DNA of 63,324 nt, filler included, from Octopus bimaculoides (GCF_001194135.2; 10 parts of 10 records of this genome joined end to end with filler, not necessarily neighbours in it), one strand, 5' to 3'; shown: positions 1 to 13,903, numbered from the whole stretch's first letter. Program-made: numbers and translations. Notes: a model not told the origin generated them from the letters alone.

Positions 1-184
1 GTACACGTATGGTCAAGACACATAAAAATAAACAAAAATCAAAATACCTTGATATATTCAACACAGTACATAGACGATTGTTCATCCTTATATATCCATG
101 AAAGAAGCGGACTTTTTAAGTTACACTTCAGTACATGTGCTTTTACGGAATAATATTCAGCACTGAATATATTCTAATTATTCA

Positions 185-614
185 TAATATAATTTTAGGA
201 TAAAAACTTTATAAGAATTTATCAAGTACTTAGCGTGAAAAAACCTCATAAGGAAAAAAAAGAAAAACCATCATTTTTTTCCATAAATATATATAATTTA
301 ATTTATATAAGGGCATTACTATACAATAATGCCTCACGCTTAGAGGAGCTCCATAAGTCAAAACTACCAAAATAAGCAGATTTTTACCGATCGCGAGGGA
401 ATGCAACTTTCAAATTTAACCTCCTAAAAACTTTTAACTTAGACTTATGGAGTCCCTCCAAGCATGAGGCATTATTGTATAGTAATGCCTTTATATAAAT
501 TAAATTCTATATATTTATGGAAAAAAAATGATGGGTTTTTTTTTCCTTATGAGGTTTTTTCACGCTAACTACTTGATAAATTCTTATAAAGCTTTTATCC
601 TAAAATTATATTAT
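185..614. mobile_element. Foldback/MITE-like element: ~170 bp inverted arms around an 82 bp spacer
   Basis: 185-359 (taatataattttagga...ccataagtc) is the near-perfect reverse complement of 442-614 (gacttatgg...cctaaaattatatta). There is no ORF, and a (TTATA)n run follows. Confidence 0.7.
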
Positions 615-756
615 ATTATATTATATTATATTATATTATATTATATTATATATATGTATATATATGTATGAAAGAAGGTTTGAAAATGCAATTTTAAAGA
701 TGTTTATTCACTTTACCGGTTTCACTTTTTTAGAAAAAGATTGTCAAAAGTAAAAT

Positions 757-1125
757 ATAAAGCTTTATATAAGCTTTGTAGTGTTAAGTACAGGTTGTCA
801 CAAAAGTATTAAAATATATATATACATTCTCTGATAATAATAAGAAAATGTTAAAAACAGTTTAAGTATTAAAATACATATATATAAATACATATATATA
901 TTCTTTGATAATAATAGAAAATGTTTAAAAAACAGTTTGAATATTAATATATATATATACATTTTTTGACAATAATAGGAAGAATATGTTTAAAATATAA
1001 AGCTTTGTATAAGCTTTGTAGTGTTAAGGACTAGTTGTCACAAAAGTATTAAAATATATATATACATTCTCTGATAATAATAAGAAAATGTTAAAAACAG
1101 TTTAAGTATTAAAATGCATATATTT
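757..1125. repeat. AT-rich tandem duplication (~240 bp period) built from ~60 bp subunits
   Basis: ataaagcttt...gtattaaaat recurs near-identically at ~757-880 and ~996-1120. Degenerate copies of tatatacattctctgataataataagaaaatgtt lie between them. Confidence 0.75.
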
Positions 1126-1344
1126 AAGAATTTACAAAATATTGGAGAGGAACTGACCCATTTTTTTGAAATGTTTTCTCTCTTGTGTGAAGCTAGGGAA
1201 TGTTGGCTATTTTAAGGGACAGTGTGGAAGGTTGGTTGGAGTGGGAGGAATGAAGAGCAATGTAGAATTAAAAGGACTTTTTTGTGTTGTTTTATGGGCT
1301 AGTCTGTCATGGTTCAGTGGTGTTTGGAACTGGTCTTAGAGGTC

Positions 1345-1464
1345 AGAATGTCTCTGTACACGTCTCTATGTGTGTGTGTGTGTGTATACATGTGTTTGTG
1401 TCTCTGTGTGTGGGCTGTTTTTGATTGGTCCCAAAGTTTATTGTAGCGTGTGTATATGTGTGCA

Positions 1465-1525
<61 letters not shown>

Positions 1526-1640
1526 GATTAATATTTGTTAGGGTGTTGTGTGTGCGCATGTGTGTGTATGTGTTTGTTTGCGTGTGTGTATGTGTACGTC
1601 TGTGAGTGCGTGTGTATGTGTGTTTGTGTGTTTTTTTGTG
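1345..1640. repeat. Degenerate (GT)n microsatellite
   Basis: Directly visible; it is the source of the spurious ORF 1314..1658. Confidence 0.9.
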
Positions 1641-1642
1641 TT

Positions 1643-2924
1643 GGGCTAAAAAGTTCATAGGCTGACCAAGATACTCTCATGGAGCGTAACCAAAAAAGGT
1701 TTATTTTTCAATATAGTTTCCCTTGCAGTCCACACACTTCTTCCATCGGCATTGCAGTGCTTGGATCCCATTGCCGAAGAGGTTTTCATCCTGGCGGTAA
1801 AAAAAGTCATCAACAGCTAATATGACGTCATCATCATGAGATATTAGTTCCCAGCCAAGTGTTTTATTACGTTGGGGAAAAGATAATAGTCAGATTGGGT
1901 CGAATCAGGAGAAAAGGCAGGGGTAATCAACTAGTTCAAAACCAGTCAAGCGAGGTAGCCATTGAAACCAAGGACTTGTGTGGTGCTGGGGCTTTATCCT
2001 GATGAAACAAGAATCATTTCGTCAGTTTTTTCTGGGCGTTTAGTCTTGATAGCTTTACGTAACTAAGAAATTTAGCATAGCACTCTCCATTGATATTGAG
2101 ACCCTTTTGAAAATATCCAATAAACACAGTGCCTTTTCCATCCAAAATACTGAGGTTATCATCTTTCCTGCAGATGGAACGACCTTGGCCTTCTTTGGAG
2201 CAGGTGAGGTGGGGCGTTTCCACTAGATTGTCTCTTTGTCTCTGGTTTAAATTGATGAATCCAATACTCATCCTGGATTAGGAAACGTCCAAGAAAACTA
2301 GCTAGATGTGTCTCAAACAATGTCAGATTTTTCCATGATGTGATCGATCTGGTGCGCGTTTAATCAGGTGTCAGAAGACGTGGCACCCACTAAGCAGAAA
2401 CCTTCGTCATGCCAAGCTCTTTGTGCAGAATATTCTGAACTCTCTCACAGGTTATGTTAAAAGCATTGGCTATTTGATTTATAGTCAATAGCCTATCATC
2501 CATCACTATGTTGTGATATGATCAATGTTTCCTCGGTGGTGGTAGTTGCAGGACTTTCAGACCTTGGGTCATCTTCAAGATTCTCCCTTCCCCTCCTAAA
2601 TTCAGCTGCCCAATTTTACACTGTTGATAAAGCTGGGGCGTCATTCCCTTATGTAGCAACCATGTCAGCATGAATGTCCTTGAGGGCTAAACCGTTTTTC
2701 TGCAGATACTTGATAATACCACGATGTTAAATTTTGTCCATTTTCAAGAGAAGTCGCTACTAATTACTTTTGAAGTCTTCTTTGAACAGTCTGATGTCGA
2801 TTTACCTGAAAAGAAACACTGCAGCTATTAAGAGGGTGAGCTGAAATTAATGCATGCAAGATTTCACATCTCTAGCATCATTCCTTCATAGTCAGCCAAT
2901 GAACTTTTCAGCCCTCCCTCGTTA
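1643..2924 (-). mobile_element. Near full-length mariner (DD34D-type) transposon with decayed transposase (~2741->1701)
   Basis: Minus-strand translation pieces: MDKI*HRGIIKYLQK..., EDDPRS, QKGLNINGECYAKFL, YPAFSPDSTQSDYYLFPN, GIQALQCRWKKCVDCKGNYIEK*. TIRs gggctaaaaagttcataggctgac (1643-1666) and gtcagccaatgaacttttcagccc (2891-2914). Stops and frameshifts are present. Confidence 0.9.
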
Positions 2925-2959
2925 CACTTTTATCTGTTTTTATTCATCGCCAGCAAAAA

Positions 2960-3890
2960 ATGGGTTTGAAGCATAAGTAATGTGCTGTCATTGAGTTCCT
3001 GATGAACGATGGCAGGTTACTGGACAACCACTAAAGGTTACAGGTTGTTTATAGAGATGGTACCATTGACAAGTGCAATGTACACAGCTGGAGGAAGTTT
3101 AAAGGAGAAATCAGCGTTGACAACAAATTATGAGGTTGAAGACTATCAAGCACTGACGCGAATTACTAACGAGCTAAGAATTTGATTCGCGCGGACAGTC
3201 TATGAGCTTGCTGTACAACTGGAACGTGGACGCAATGCATTACATAATATGATGGAATGTTTTAGATATTGGAAAGCGTGTGCAATGTGTATACTTCGGC
3301 AGTTGACATACGGTTCGAAAAAGAGAAGAGTGGAAGTCTGCTCTGATCTGCTAGAAGCTTTTGAAACTAATGAAAACACGCTTTTCCGATGGTAGAGAAT
3401 GAAACATGGGCGTATATTTATGATCCGGAAGCGAAAGCTCAGTCCATGGAATGGCGTCACATCTCTTCTCCAAGTCTTAAGAAGGTCAATACCGGTATAG
3501 AAACTCATGGTGACTGTTTGGGGGAATGACAAAGGCCTTGATTTTCTGGAACGTGAACAGCGAGCAATACAATGAGGCGCTCAAAATTTCTAGGGAAATC
3601 ATTAGGAGAAAGAGACCGGACAAGTTTCTAAAACGATCCATATTTACCAGTACAATGAGTCCCATAGAAATAAGGAAGACATCGGCACAGTTGTTCCCGC
3701 TCCCACCCCCATCCAACTACCTACACTTAAATATTAGGTATATTTTTTGCCTCCTCTTTATTAATGAGAAGGCGAAACGGAATTTGCATCCATATAATTC
3801 TGCTTTCGTCGCCAAGTATTAAATGCTTCAAGTCGTCTCAAAAAAAAAATGTATACAAACGGAGAAAATGTGGACGCGCTGGAGTGAAAA
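2960..3890 (+). mobile_element. Heavily decayed mariner transposase
   Basis: MGLKHK*CAVIEFL; YWKACAMCILRQLT (WVPRxLT-like); ETWAYIYDPEAKAQSMEWRH; LMVTVWG; REIIRRKRP; LFPLPPPSNY (HPPYSPDL-like). Multiple frameshifts. Confidence 0.8.
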
Positions 3891-4806
3891 TATTAATAAT
3901 TAATTGAACTTAGAAAGAATCATGATAAGAAGTGGAAGCTTGAAAATATTGAAGATGAAGTTGGAAATGATAAAAAAATGTTGATTTTAGTTCCATCCTA
4001 ACATCCCTTAGATGAAAATTCAATATGGAAATTGTTCAACTCACTCCCTGTAAAATACAATCTATGGTGGGTGACGGGAGGGATTCAAGCACTCATATAT
4101 GTTGGAAATATTGTGTCTTTCAAAATCTAAAGATGTTCAGCTACCTTCCTCTCATGGTTTTCCAATAATAGTTGAGCTGACATTTAGAAATACAGAAATA
4201 TGCACTCGTCTAGTGGACTAGGGTGCACTTTAATATGACTAGTACGACCAAAATGGGTACCTTTGTCAGTTCAGAAATAATGAGATAAATGGTCTTAGTG
4301 AAGTCTACCTCCTTCCCACTAAAAAGTAGGAAGTTATCTCCTCTAGACTTAAAGGGATTGGAGTTTATGCTCAGTCAATGCTCGTGAAGCTCTGGAAATT
4401 CAACACTCTTCAGCGCTTCATCACCCAAATTTCTCATACCCAACACTGAATGACTTTCATAAAACTTGACAACAAACCTCTCTTTCCTACAACGTTCAAC
4501 CTTTCATTTATTTTTCTCAGACTCAGCATAAACGACAGAGTATGACCTCAATTAGGTATATCCAGGACAGGATGTGGTGGGATTGTGGGAGAAAATGTCC
4601 TTCAAATTTAACCTCATTACCAAAATACTGCTTAAGCACTGACTAGACTCTTTAGTCTCTTGCCAACTTTTTTTCCATCTCAAATTCACTCAAGTTCACA
4701 TTATTTAAAATTCAAATTCCAACTTCTTATGTAAAATTTTAAAGTTTTTACTTCTTGCTCTTGTATATTTCCAGGTTCAATTAATTAAGAATATTAACAT
4801 TTCTGC

Positions 4807-4945
4807 AAGGCGGCGTGCTGGCAGAATCGTTTGCACGCCGGGAGAAATGCTTGGCGGTATTTCGTCTACCGTTACATTTTGAGTTCAAATTCCACAGAGG
4901 TCCACTTTGCCTTTCATCCTTTCGGGGTCGATTAAATAAGTACCA
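4807..4945 (+). mobile_element. tRNA-derived SINE, family A (3'-truncated)
   Basis: A-box-like tggcagaatcg, B-box gttcaaattc, then gcctttcatcctttcggggtcgattaaataagtacc. Many further copies occur in the window. Confidence 0.85.
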
Positions 4946-5363
4946 ATATTTATATTATTATTTGATCGAACGCTACGCATCCATTTCCAAGTAAATTCTA
5001 TCTATATAGATATTAAAGTACATTTTTATATATGACGTTGACCATTAACGTGGACATACAATGTGCTAGAAATAGATTGTTAAATTTTGAAACCGGTCCC
5101 TGTTTAATAATGTTCCTTTTTCGGTGATTTTAAATGTCTTGCCCGCTTACGTTTTGGTATCACGCTATATTTCATGTTGAGAACAATTTAGGTCTTATTA
5201 GANNNNNNNNNNNNNNNNNNNNNNNNNNNNNNNNNNNNNNNNNNNNNNNNNNNNNNNNNNNNNNNNNNNNNNNNNNNNNNNNNNNNNNNNNNNNNNNNNN
5301 NNNNNNNNNNNNNNNNNNNNNNNNNNNNNNNNNNNNNNNNNNNNNNNNNNNNNNNNNNNNNNN

Positions 5364-5791
5364 ATACACACACACATATATATATATATGTATATACATA
5401 TACATACATATGTGCACTTGTATATACATATATATATATAAATACACACACACACATACACATATATACACATACACACATATATACACATACATATACA
5501 TACATAAACACACATACACACATACATACGTATATACATACACACACATACATATAGAAATATGTACTTACATACAGAACCTAATAACGCATACATATGG
5601 GTTTATACAAATACATACACAATTATATATGCTTACATATACGTAGATTTGTACACATATACACACATATATATACTTACAAACATACATACACCCCCAC
5701 CACACAGGTATACATGTATACATACATACACACAGATACATTCATTCACACACATATATATACCCATATACACACATATATATATATATAC

Positions 5792-5888
<97 letters not shown>

Positions 5889-5961
5889 TACAAATACATA
5901 CACATGCACATATACATATACACATACATATGTATATACATACACATACACACACATACAC

Positions 5962-5992
<31 letters not shown>

Positions 5993-6105
5993 TACATACA
6001 TACATACATACACACATACATTGATACATTACATACGTACATACGTACATACATACATACATACATACACACACATACATTTAAACATATATACATGCAT
6101 AGATA
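5364..6105. repeat. Compound (TA)n/(CA)n/(TACA)n microsatellite
   Basis: Directly visible; explains the overlapping YIYI/HTHT ORFs. Confidence 0.95.
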
Positions 6106-6839
6106 TGTTGAATCAGTTTTTGTGATTAACTTTCTTCTCCCTCTTTCTCCCACTCTGTCTTTCTCTTTTCTTTCTCTCTATTTCTCTCTTTTACACACAT
6201 ACACTCACACATGCACACATTTTAACGACTTTTACATATGCACCAATATGCACTCACCTGCGTGCCTATATAAGCTTGAACGAATACACATATGCAGGTA
6301 GACATGCAATTACTATTTCAGACCCACGCGAGTTCGCGCGCGCACATACACGCGCTCGCACGCACGCGCACGCACACACACACACACACACATACACACA
6401 CACACACACACACATACACGCGCGTAAGAAGTAACGACAAACTGTCTATGTGCCAATAGAGATAGCAAGCAATTCGCTCAAAATACTATGATCTTCAAAG
6501 TAGGAAGGACACATCCGAAAAAAGTTGTCCAAGGTATCAAAAAAACAGAAGTCGGAATGGTTTAGATCATAAAGCTATTTGATCAGGGCTGGCTTGATGG
6601 TCATAGAACAAACACGATCTTGCATACTCATACATACACACAGGCAGCATTTATACACGCATATACTAACATCTTTATTATATATGTACATTAAAAGTTG
6701 TGTATGTACACACATATTTAACTGCACATGCATATACAATCATAAATACATACTCTCACGCGCGCACACACACACGCTCACACAACATATACACTGTGTT
6801 TTTCTAGCTTTATATACATATATGCATATATACATACAT

Positions 6840-6886
<47 letters not shown>

Positions 6887-6949
6887 TGTATGCATATGTA
6901 TCTATGTACGTACATATACGCACGCGCGCGCGCACACAGAAGGACACAA

Positions 6950-7620
6950 TCGAGTATTTCCGTAAAAACTCGCCTTGTCGTCTGCTTTAACCAAATTTTT
7001 GAGCCGCGTTCCGATTGATACAGTTACTGAAACATCACCACTGTTGTCTCATTTCTTCAGTAAATAATATATTGTTAATCGCAGGTCCAGCCGGATTAAA
7101 GTAATAGATGACGAAAGGTATGCCAATCACAAACATTCGGTTTTTTATTATTTTTTTAGCTATAGGTTTTATCGTTTTATTTTATTCAATATGTGCTTCG
7201 TTTTAACGAGACAGCTATGGTAAAACTTGAAGTCGATTTGACTGCTATTTCTATAAGTTCCAATGACGTAGCTAGGCTCGATAATTAACTTTTAAATCAG
7301 TAAACTGTAATTTAATTGTAAATATCACTAAATATTTTTTTTATTTTCGCCTTTTTTTGTTTGATTATTTCTTACTTTTCGTTTATTTGTCGAATTTCTT
7401 TCGCCTTATTACAAAATGCTGTATTAAATGCAAAACACGTATTTCAAATCGACCGTACTTATTTTCATTCAACTGTTGGCGGGGTGATTCGTTTTTGTAT
7501 TTGGTTTGCAAGATTCTTGATGTGGATTCATGTGCTAGAACAAATTTTATTGTGCCTTTGGAAAGTCGTTACGCCAATAATAATACTTGCACAGGTTCAA
7601 TTTACTTCTTTATTGTAAGT
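6950..7620. repeat. Copy 1 of a diverged ~0.5-0.6 kb local repeat (other copies ~11045-11530 and ~12655-12850)
   Basis: ttgtcgtctgctttaaccaaatttttgagc is identical at 6975-7004 and 11070-11099; tcgtctgcttcaaccaaattt at 12684-12704; further shared blocks (atgacgaaa.gtatgccaa, ttattaca.aatg.tgtat.aa.tgcaaaac). Confidence 0.65.
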
Positions 7621-8011
7621 CAATCGATTAAATATCGAACCAACTAGTCGATCATTTATTTAATGTACAGGTTAAAGAATCAATCGGTTGTTTCTCTAAA
7701 GTTTATTCGTTGCTGTTCGCGACCATTTCAATGACTTTCACTCCCACGCCGAGGTGATTAGACGTCAGAGTAGACCTTAGAGCAAGAAGAAAAAAAACTA
7801 AGTGACTAAAAAGGTCGCGAAAACCGGCGTCATAAATTTGACTAACAAATAACGTGCTAGATAAAAACATTTAACAAACGATCGATTAGATGGTTGGTTA
7901 TTTAACCAGTTGACTAACAATAAAGAAGTGAAATTGAACGTGTGCGTATATTATTATTGCTTTAATGAACCTTACGAGACACAACGACATATACATATAC
8001 ATACATATATA

Positions 8012-8042
<31 letters not shown>

Positions 8043-8103
8043 GTGTGTGTATATATGTATGTATGTACGTATGTATGCATATATATATATATGTACGTAT
8101 GTA

Positions 8104-8150
<47 letters not shown>

Positions 8151-8552
8151 NNNNNNNNNNNNNNNNNNNNNNNNNNNNNNNNNNNNNNNNNNNNNNNNNN
8201 NNNNNNNNNNNNNNNNNNNNNNNNNNNNNNNNNNNNNNNNNNNNNNNNNNNNNNNNNNNNNNNNNNNNNNNNNNNNNNNNNNNNNNNNNNNNNNNNNNNN
8301 NNNNNNNNNNNNNNNNNNNNNNNNNNNNNNNNNNNNNNNNNNNNNNNNNNNNNNNNNNNNNNNNNNNNNNNNNNNNNNNNNNNNNNNNNNNNNNNNNNNN
8401 NNNNNNNNNNNNNNNNNNNNNNNNNNNNNNNNNNNNNNNNNNNNNNNNNNNNNNNNNNNNNNNNNNNNNNNNNNNNNNNNNNNNNNNNNNNNNNNNNNNN
8501 NNNNNNNNNNNNNNNNNNNNNNNNNNNNNNNNNNNNNNNATATATATATATA

Positions 8553-10950
8553 ATGGATAATAAAATGAATGGTTTACCCTGGTAGCTTACTGGTAAAACA
8601 CGATCACTTTCAGAGTGATCGTTGGGTATATAACAAATGAAAGACAGAAGATGGAATATACGAGAATGTATTATTAGTCACGACAATCGTTTCGATATAT
8701 CTAGCATCGATTCTTCTTGGGTGGGACACTCAACAACTCGTTCAGATGTATCTCGTCGAGTAATAAATAAATAAATAAATAAATAAATACACCTCGTTAA
8801 AATGACTGCCCGCCATATAACTACGTTTTGTAGAGAGACAAAAAGCCAGAAGATCAAAAATAAAATCGCAGATGACAAGAAGAGAAACGAACACGCTATC
8901 CAGCAAGAAAAGTATTGAAAATAACCGTTAACAGATATGGATGTATAAACGCCCTCGGGCAAGCTGCATGACGCGAGTACAAGCTTCCGCAAAATGTGAG
9001 CATAGGCACACGTGATCACAACGCGAGTTAGTTATTTACTTGTTTATAAGAATGAGGAGGTTAAAAGTAAACTTAAGTCATTCATACCTTAAATTAAATT
9101 GGTCACTCAAAATTCATTCTCACTGCATTGTTCAAAAGTACATTTATATGGGTGTAGGCATCTCGAGAGTCATTCAGAAATTCTATTAATTATATTCTCG
9201 TTAGTCCACAGAAGAGATAGGGATTCCTCGAGGCAGAAATGGCATCTCCTGGAAATTATATTGTATGGCTGGTAGTTCATTGATATGACCAATTCTTTCT
9301 GGCTTGTATATTTTATCCGAGTGAGCTCTCAAACGGTAACGTTGTGGTGGTATACGGTGTGAATCGCAGTGTAGGAATTACCAGTGTTGCTTATGCTTGC
9401 TTCATGTATATATTGATTTTTTCACGGTACCCAGCCCTAGCTAGAGCATCATTATAATAAGATGCATGAGATTCGAAAATTTTATTGTTAGCAGATAATC
9501 TAGAGATTCTTGTAGAAATATACTTTAACTAGTCCCCATAACAGAAGGTAGCGTCAAGAAAATTCACTCTACGATAATCTTTACCTATAGTAATGTTTAG
9601 TCCTAAATTTTTGAAAAGTCCAAAGAATTTTTTCTCGTGCCTTTCTAACTATACTTTTACTACTTCTGCCTAGAAAAAATAAGGCGTCATCCCTATATAG
9701 ACCCCCTTTTACTTCCGGAAAGGAAGACTGGATTAATGAAAGGATATATATTCCGACAAGGTCACTAGTCTGAGCAGAATCATGTGAGCCCATTGCTATA
9801 TCAAATGTATTTTCTCTATCTAATCTACTCCATAATATATCATTGAAATCTACTAGAGTGGCTCGCGTGGCAAGTATAATATCTATTTCGCATCGGGACA
9901 AATCGGAATTTTTCATGCTAAAAATCAGGGTTTGATTAAGAACGATCGGGTTGATAGTGGCATAATAGCTCTCTATATCTAGTTGCAAGAATTTACTAAT
10001 CTTACTAACTTCTAGAAGCTTGAACCATCCAACCACCTCTTGGGTATCAGACCAGAGGGCTAATCTAATTTTAGATTTAAGGACGGGTATTATTACCCTG
10101 TCAATGATTTTTTACTAATAATGCCTATATCGGATTTAGAGGGACAAATCATTTTAACTGAGGGGTCAATAAGAAAGTTAGGTTTATGGCCCTTAAAGCA
10201 AAATCCGGGGTTTTCGGGGGACGTAGGGTTCGGTTCTATCATCTATGGCTAGATCTCTGACGATTTGTAGTCCTGTTTTGTTAATTCTTTTTAATATGAC
10301 ATTATTAGCATGTCTATTTGCTGCGTAATTCCTTCCTAATCATAGACTTATACAGTTCAACATCAACAATGTAAATGTTATTTGTTTTGTCCGCTGGTAC
10401 AAGTATCCCCGGAGCTTTCTTGAAGTCGACAAGTAATTTTTTGATTTTCTATTGATGTACATTACACCTTCTAGGGTACCTCCTGAACTTCACGTTCTTG
10501 ACTATACTATATAATTCTTCTTCAAATCTGGTTAGGTGTTAGTTGGTCGGTGGGTTCCTTCTAGATTTGAATACTTTTCTTGGTAGGTCACCATGTTCAG
10601 GTTTGTCGTTTGGTCTAAGCTCCTTGTCGAAAAAAAAAAGCTTTCCACTACATTCTACATACAAATTGGTTTGTTTTCTCCTAAAGATCACGTATATAAT
10701 CCTTCCTACTGGGTATAGGTATGTCCTTTAGCGAAACATCCAGTGTTATTCTATCCATCATTTTGGTACGCTACTGTATAGCACCTTTCTCCTGGAAATC
10801 GGAAATTGGTTGTGGCTGATGGATAATAAAACGAATGGTTTACATCTGGTAGCTTACTGGTAAAGCACGGTCACTTTCAGAGTGATCGTAGGTATATAAC
10901 AAATGAAAGACAGAAGATGGAATATACAAGAATTTATCATTAGTCACGAC
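8553..10950 (-). mobile_element. Penelope-like retroelement (YRDD-type RT) with direct terminal repeats; internally deleted pseudogene (~10761->9107)
   Basis: Translation: SLKDIPIPSRKDY...WKAFFF; VPADKTNN; KGHKPNF; QLDIESYYATI; FDIAMGSHDSAQTSDLVGIYIL; GGLYRDDAL; VNFLDAT; RCHFCLEE...SRCLH. A 132 bp direct repeat lies at 8553-8684 and 10819-10950. Confidence 0.88.
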
Positions 10951-12287
10951 TATTATGTATGTATGTATGTATGTATGCATACATATGCGTACTCCCCCCC
11001 CCACACACACACACACACACGCACACACACAAACCATCGCACGGTCGAGTATTTCCGTAACAGCTCACCTTGTCGTCTGCTTTAACCAAATTTTTGAGCT
11101 GCGTTCTTGTTTGACGCAGATACACAAATACCGCCTCCGTTGTCTTACTTTCGCAGGTCTACTCTGATTAAGCAAATATATGACGAAAAGTATGCCAACC
11201 ATACCGTCCGGATTTCTTTTTATTGTTTCGGCAATAATTTATCTCGTATTGCATTATTCAACGTGTGCTTTGTTTTATCAATTCGGTATCGTGCAATGTG
11301 AATTTAATCAATTCAGTATCGTGCAATTTGGTTCTTATATCTAGAAAGTCGAACAACCAATTATAGGCTACAAAATTGACTGGTAGGTAAGTAAATTGTG
11401 ATGTTATTAAGAACGTACCTCAACATTTATATTTTTACTTTTCATTGTTTGATCTATTTCTTACCTGTTCAACTATTTGTTGAACTTATCTTGTTTTATT
11501 ACAGAATGTTGTATAAAGTGCAAAACGGAATCGATGTAAGGGGGGACAGTCCACACTTTCATATTTGTATTTATAAATATGGTGCGTGAGAATGAGTGTG
11601 TGTGTGTGTGTGTATCGTGTGTATGTGTGTGTATCGTGTATGTGTGTGTGTGTGGTGTGTGTGGTGTGAGCGAATGAGTGAGTGAGTGAGTGGGAGAAAG
11701 TTGTTACTCAGCAAGCAGACCAAAATATGTTCATCTTACAATCAGTTGATCTTGTTTCTTTTTGTTTGACTCTCGGTGAAGGCTCAAATACACCTCCTTT
11801 CTCCGTGTGCATATATGCATACATATGCATACATATGTTGAAAATGAACACCCGCATACACATTCATCGTTTTTAAAAAACATTATTTTAAAATACTACT
11901 TACAAGTATTTTTCTGGAAAATAGCTTTAAACAGCAATGCAATAAGGTAAGGAGATACTGATGTTTATAGTAATATTACCACGAGAACCAGAAATGAAAT
12001 AAAAGCGTCAACTTGAAGCAACCGTTTTCGCACGTGTCGTTCACAAAAGTTTTTAAACGAAAGAATTTAATGATAAGCGTTTCCTTCAAACTTTCATTTC
12101 ATATTTCAAAAAATACTCAGACAGTGAATATTTAAAAGAAAACCAGGCTCAGTCTACCAGCTGATGATTAGAAATGAGCAATTTGGAGAACTGAAAATCG
12201 GGACCTTTCAATTGGAATGTATTAAAGAATACTCTACATTTGTACTGAGTCCTGTAATTTCTCGTTTCTGGTGAATCAACAGAGGTT

Positions 12288-12426
<139 letters not shown>

Positions 12427-13387
12427 ATATGTATGTATGTACGTATGGATACACACATGCGCACACTTGTATACATACATGTACGCGTACGTACTTATGG
12501 CGAGTCATTTGTCGAAACTACCTCTCTTCCTCATCTTTCTCTTTCTTTATTCTCTTTCTCTCTCTCTCCCTCGCTCTCTTTCTCACTTTCTTTCTTTCTT
12601 TCTTTCTTTCACCACCTCCTCTCTTCCGGACACATACACGTTAAGCAAGAATAATCGGCTGTTTCCGTTAAGCAATCGTAATATCGTCTGCTTCAACCAA
12701 ATTTACAATAGTCTTACCGTTTCAATTGAACAGTTTTTGTCTCGTTCAAAGAATTTAGATTCTTTCCTAGTAACTTAATATTTAATCAGCTAACTGTAAA
12801 CTATATTTTAGGTTGTCATTGAATTGTTTGTTGCATCTCGTCTTTCACTCTTAATCAATGCTCTTATATTCCTTTAGCATTTAAAATCTTCTGCAAGCAA
12901 ATAAAAATACCCGTAACTATACGAAGATAAACTTAATGTAGACAAGTGTATATGTATCTAATATAAGTGAATTTACGTATTGAAATATGTGAATTATTGC
13001 GAATAAGCTGATATGGGTGAATATCATTATTTATATAATGTAACACATTAACTTAGAGTGTATATTATTATATAAACCAATTAGATGAATATTATATATA
13101 TAATATAGCACATTAATTTAGCATCATTAAAAACTGCAAAATTGCACTACACAACATCACACTGCACTCTAGTGGGATTGTGGAACGCCTATTTCTGAAT
13201 GTGAGATGTGGAATTTAGAGTGTATAGTGTAGAAAGTGGAACAGAATTCTTCAAGAGGAAGACTAACTTATTGCAACAGTACAGTTCACTGTACGATTGA
13301 GTGGGGAATGTGGAATGTGGATTATGGAGTGTGCCCAGCAACTTAGAAGAGTGTCACACTGCACCAAAACACAAGCACATATTCTGT

Positions 13388-13443
<56 letters not shown>

Positions 13444-13550
13444 ACACATACACACACGCGTTTATCAAATTCTCAATCACTGATGTCTGATCGAGTTTAA
13501 AGATTGTGCATGTGCATACATATTCACCTTAATATATAGATATAAATCTA

Positions 13551-13630
<80 letters not shown>

Positions 13631-13644
13631 CATACATACATATA

Positions 13645-13903
13645 TTCTTTTATTCGTTTCAGTCATTTGACTGCTGCCATGCTGGAGCATCGTCTTTAGT
13701 CGAATAATTCGACCCCAGGACTTATTCTTTGTAAGCCTAGTACTTATTCTATCGGTGTCTTTTGCTGAACCGCTAGTTTACGGGGACGTAAACACACCAA
13801 CATCGGTTGTCATGCGATGATAGGGAGACGAATACAGACACACAAACATATACATATATATATATAAGACGAGCTTCTTTCAGTTTCCGTTTACCAAATC
13901 CAC
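13645..13903 (-). mobile_element. Composite SINE family B/C, partial (C tail + internal microsatellite + start of B body)
   Basis: Same block order as the complete copy at 47998-48400. Confidence 0.75.

Noticed and set aside
4150-4720. Possible CR1-type C-terminal remnant (RLKGIGVY)
   Set aside because: The similarity is too weak to distinguish from chance.
8670-8740. Intact hammerhead on minus strand
   Set aside because: The core reads AAGAAGA rather than CUGANGA, the triplet would be GAU, and stem I is poor; at most a relic.
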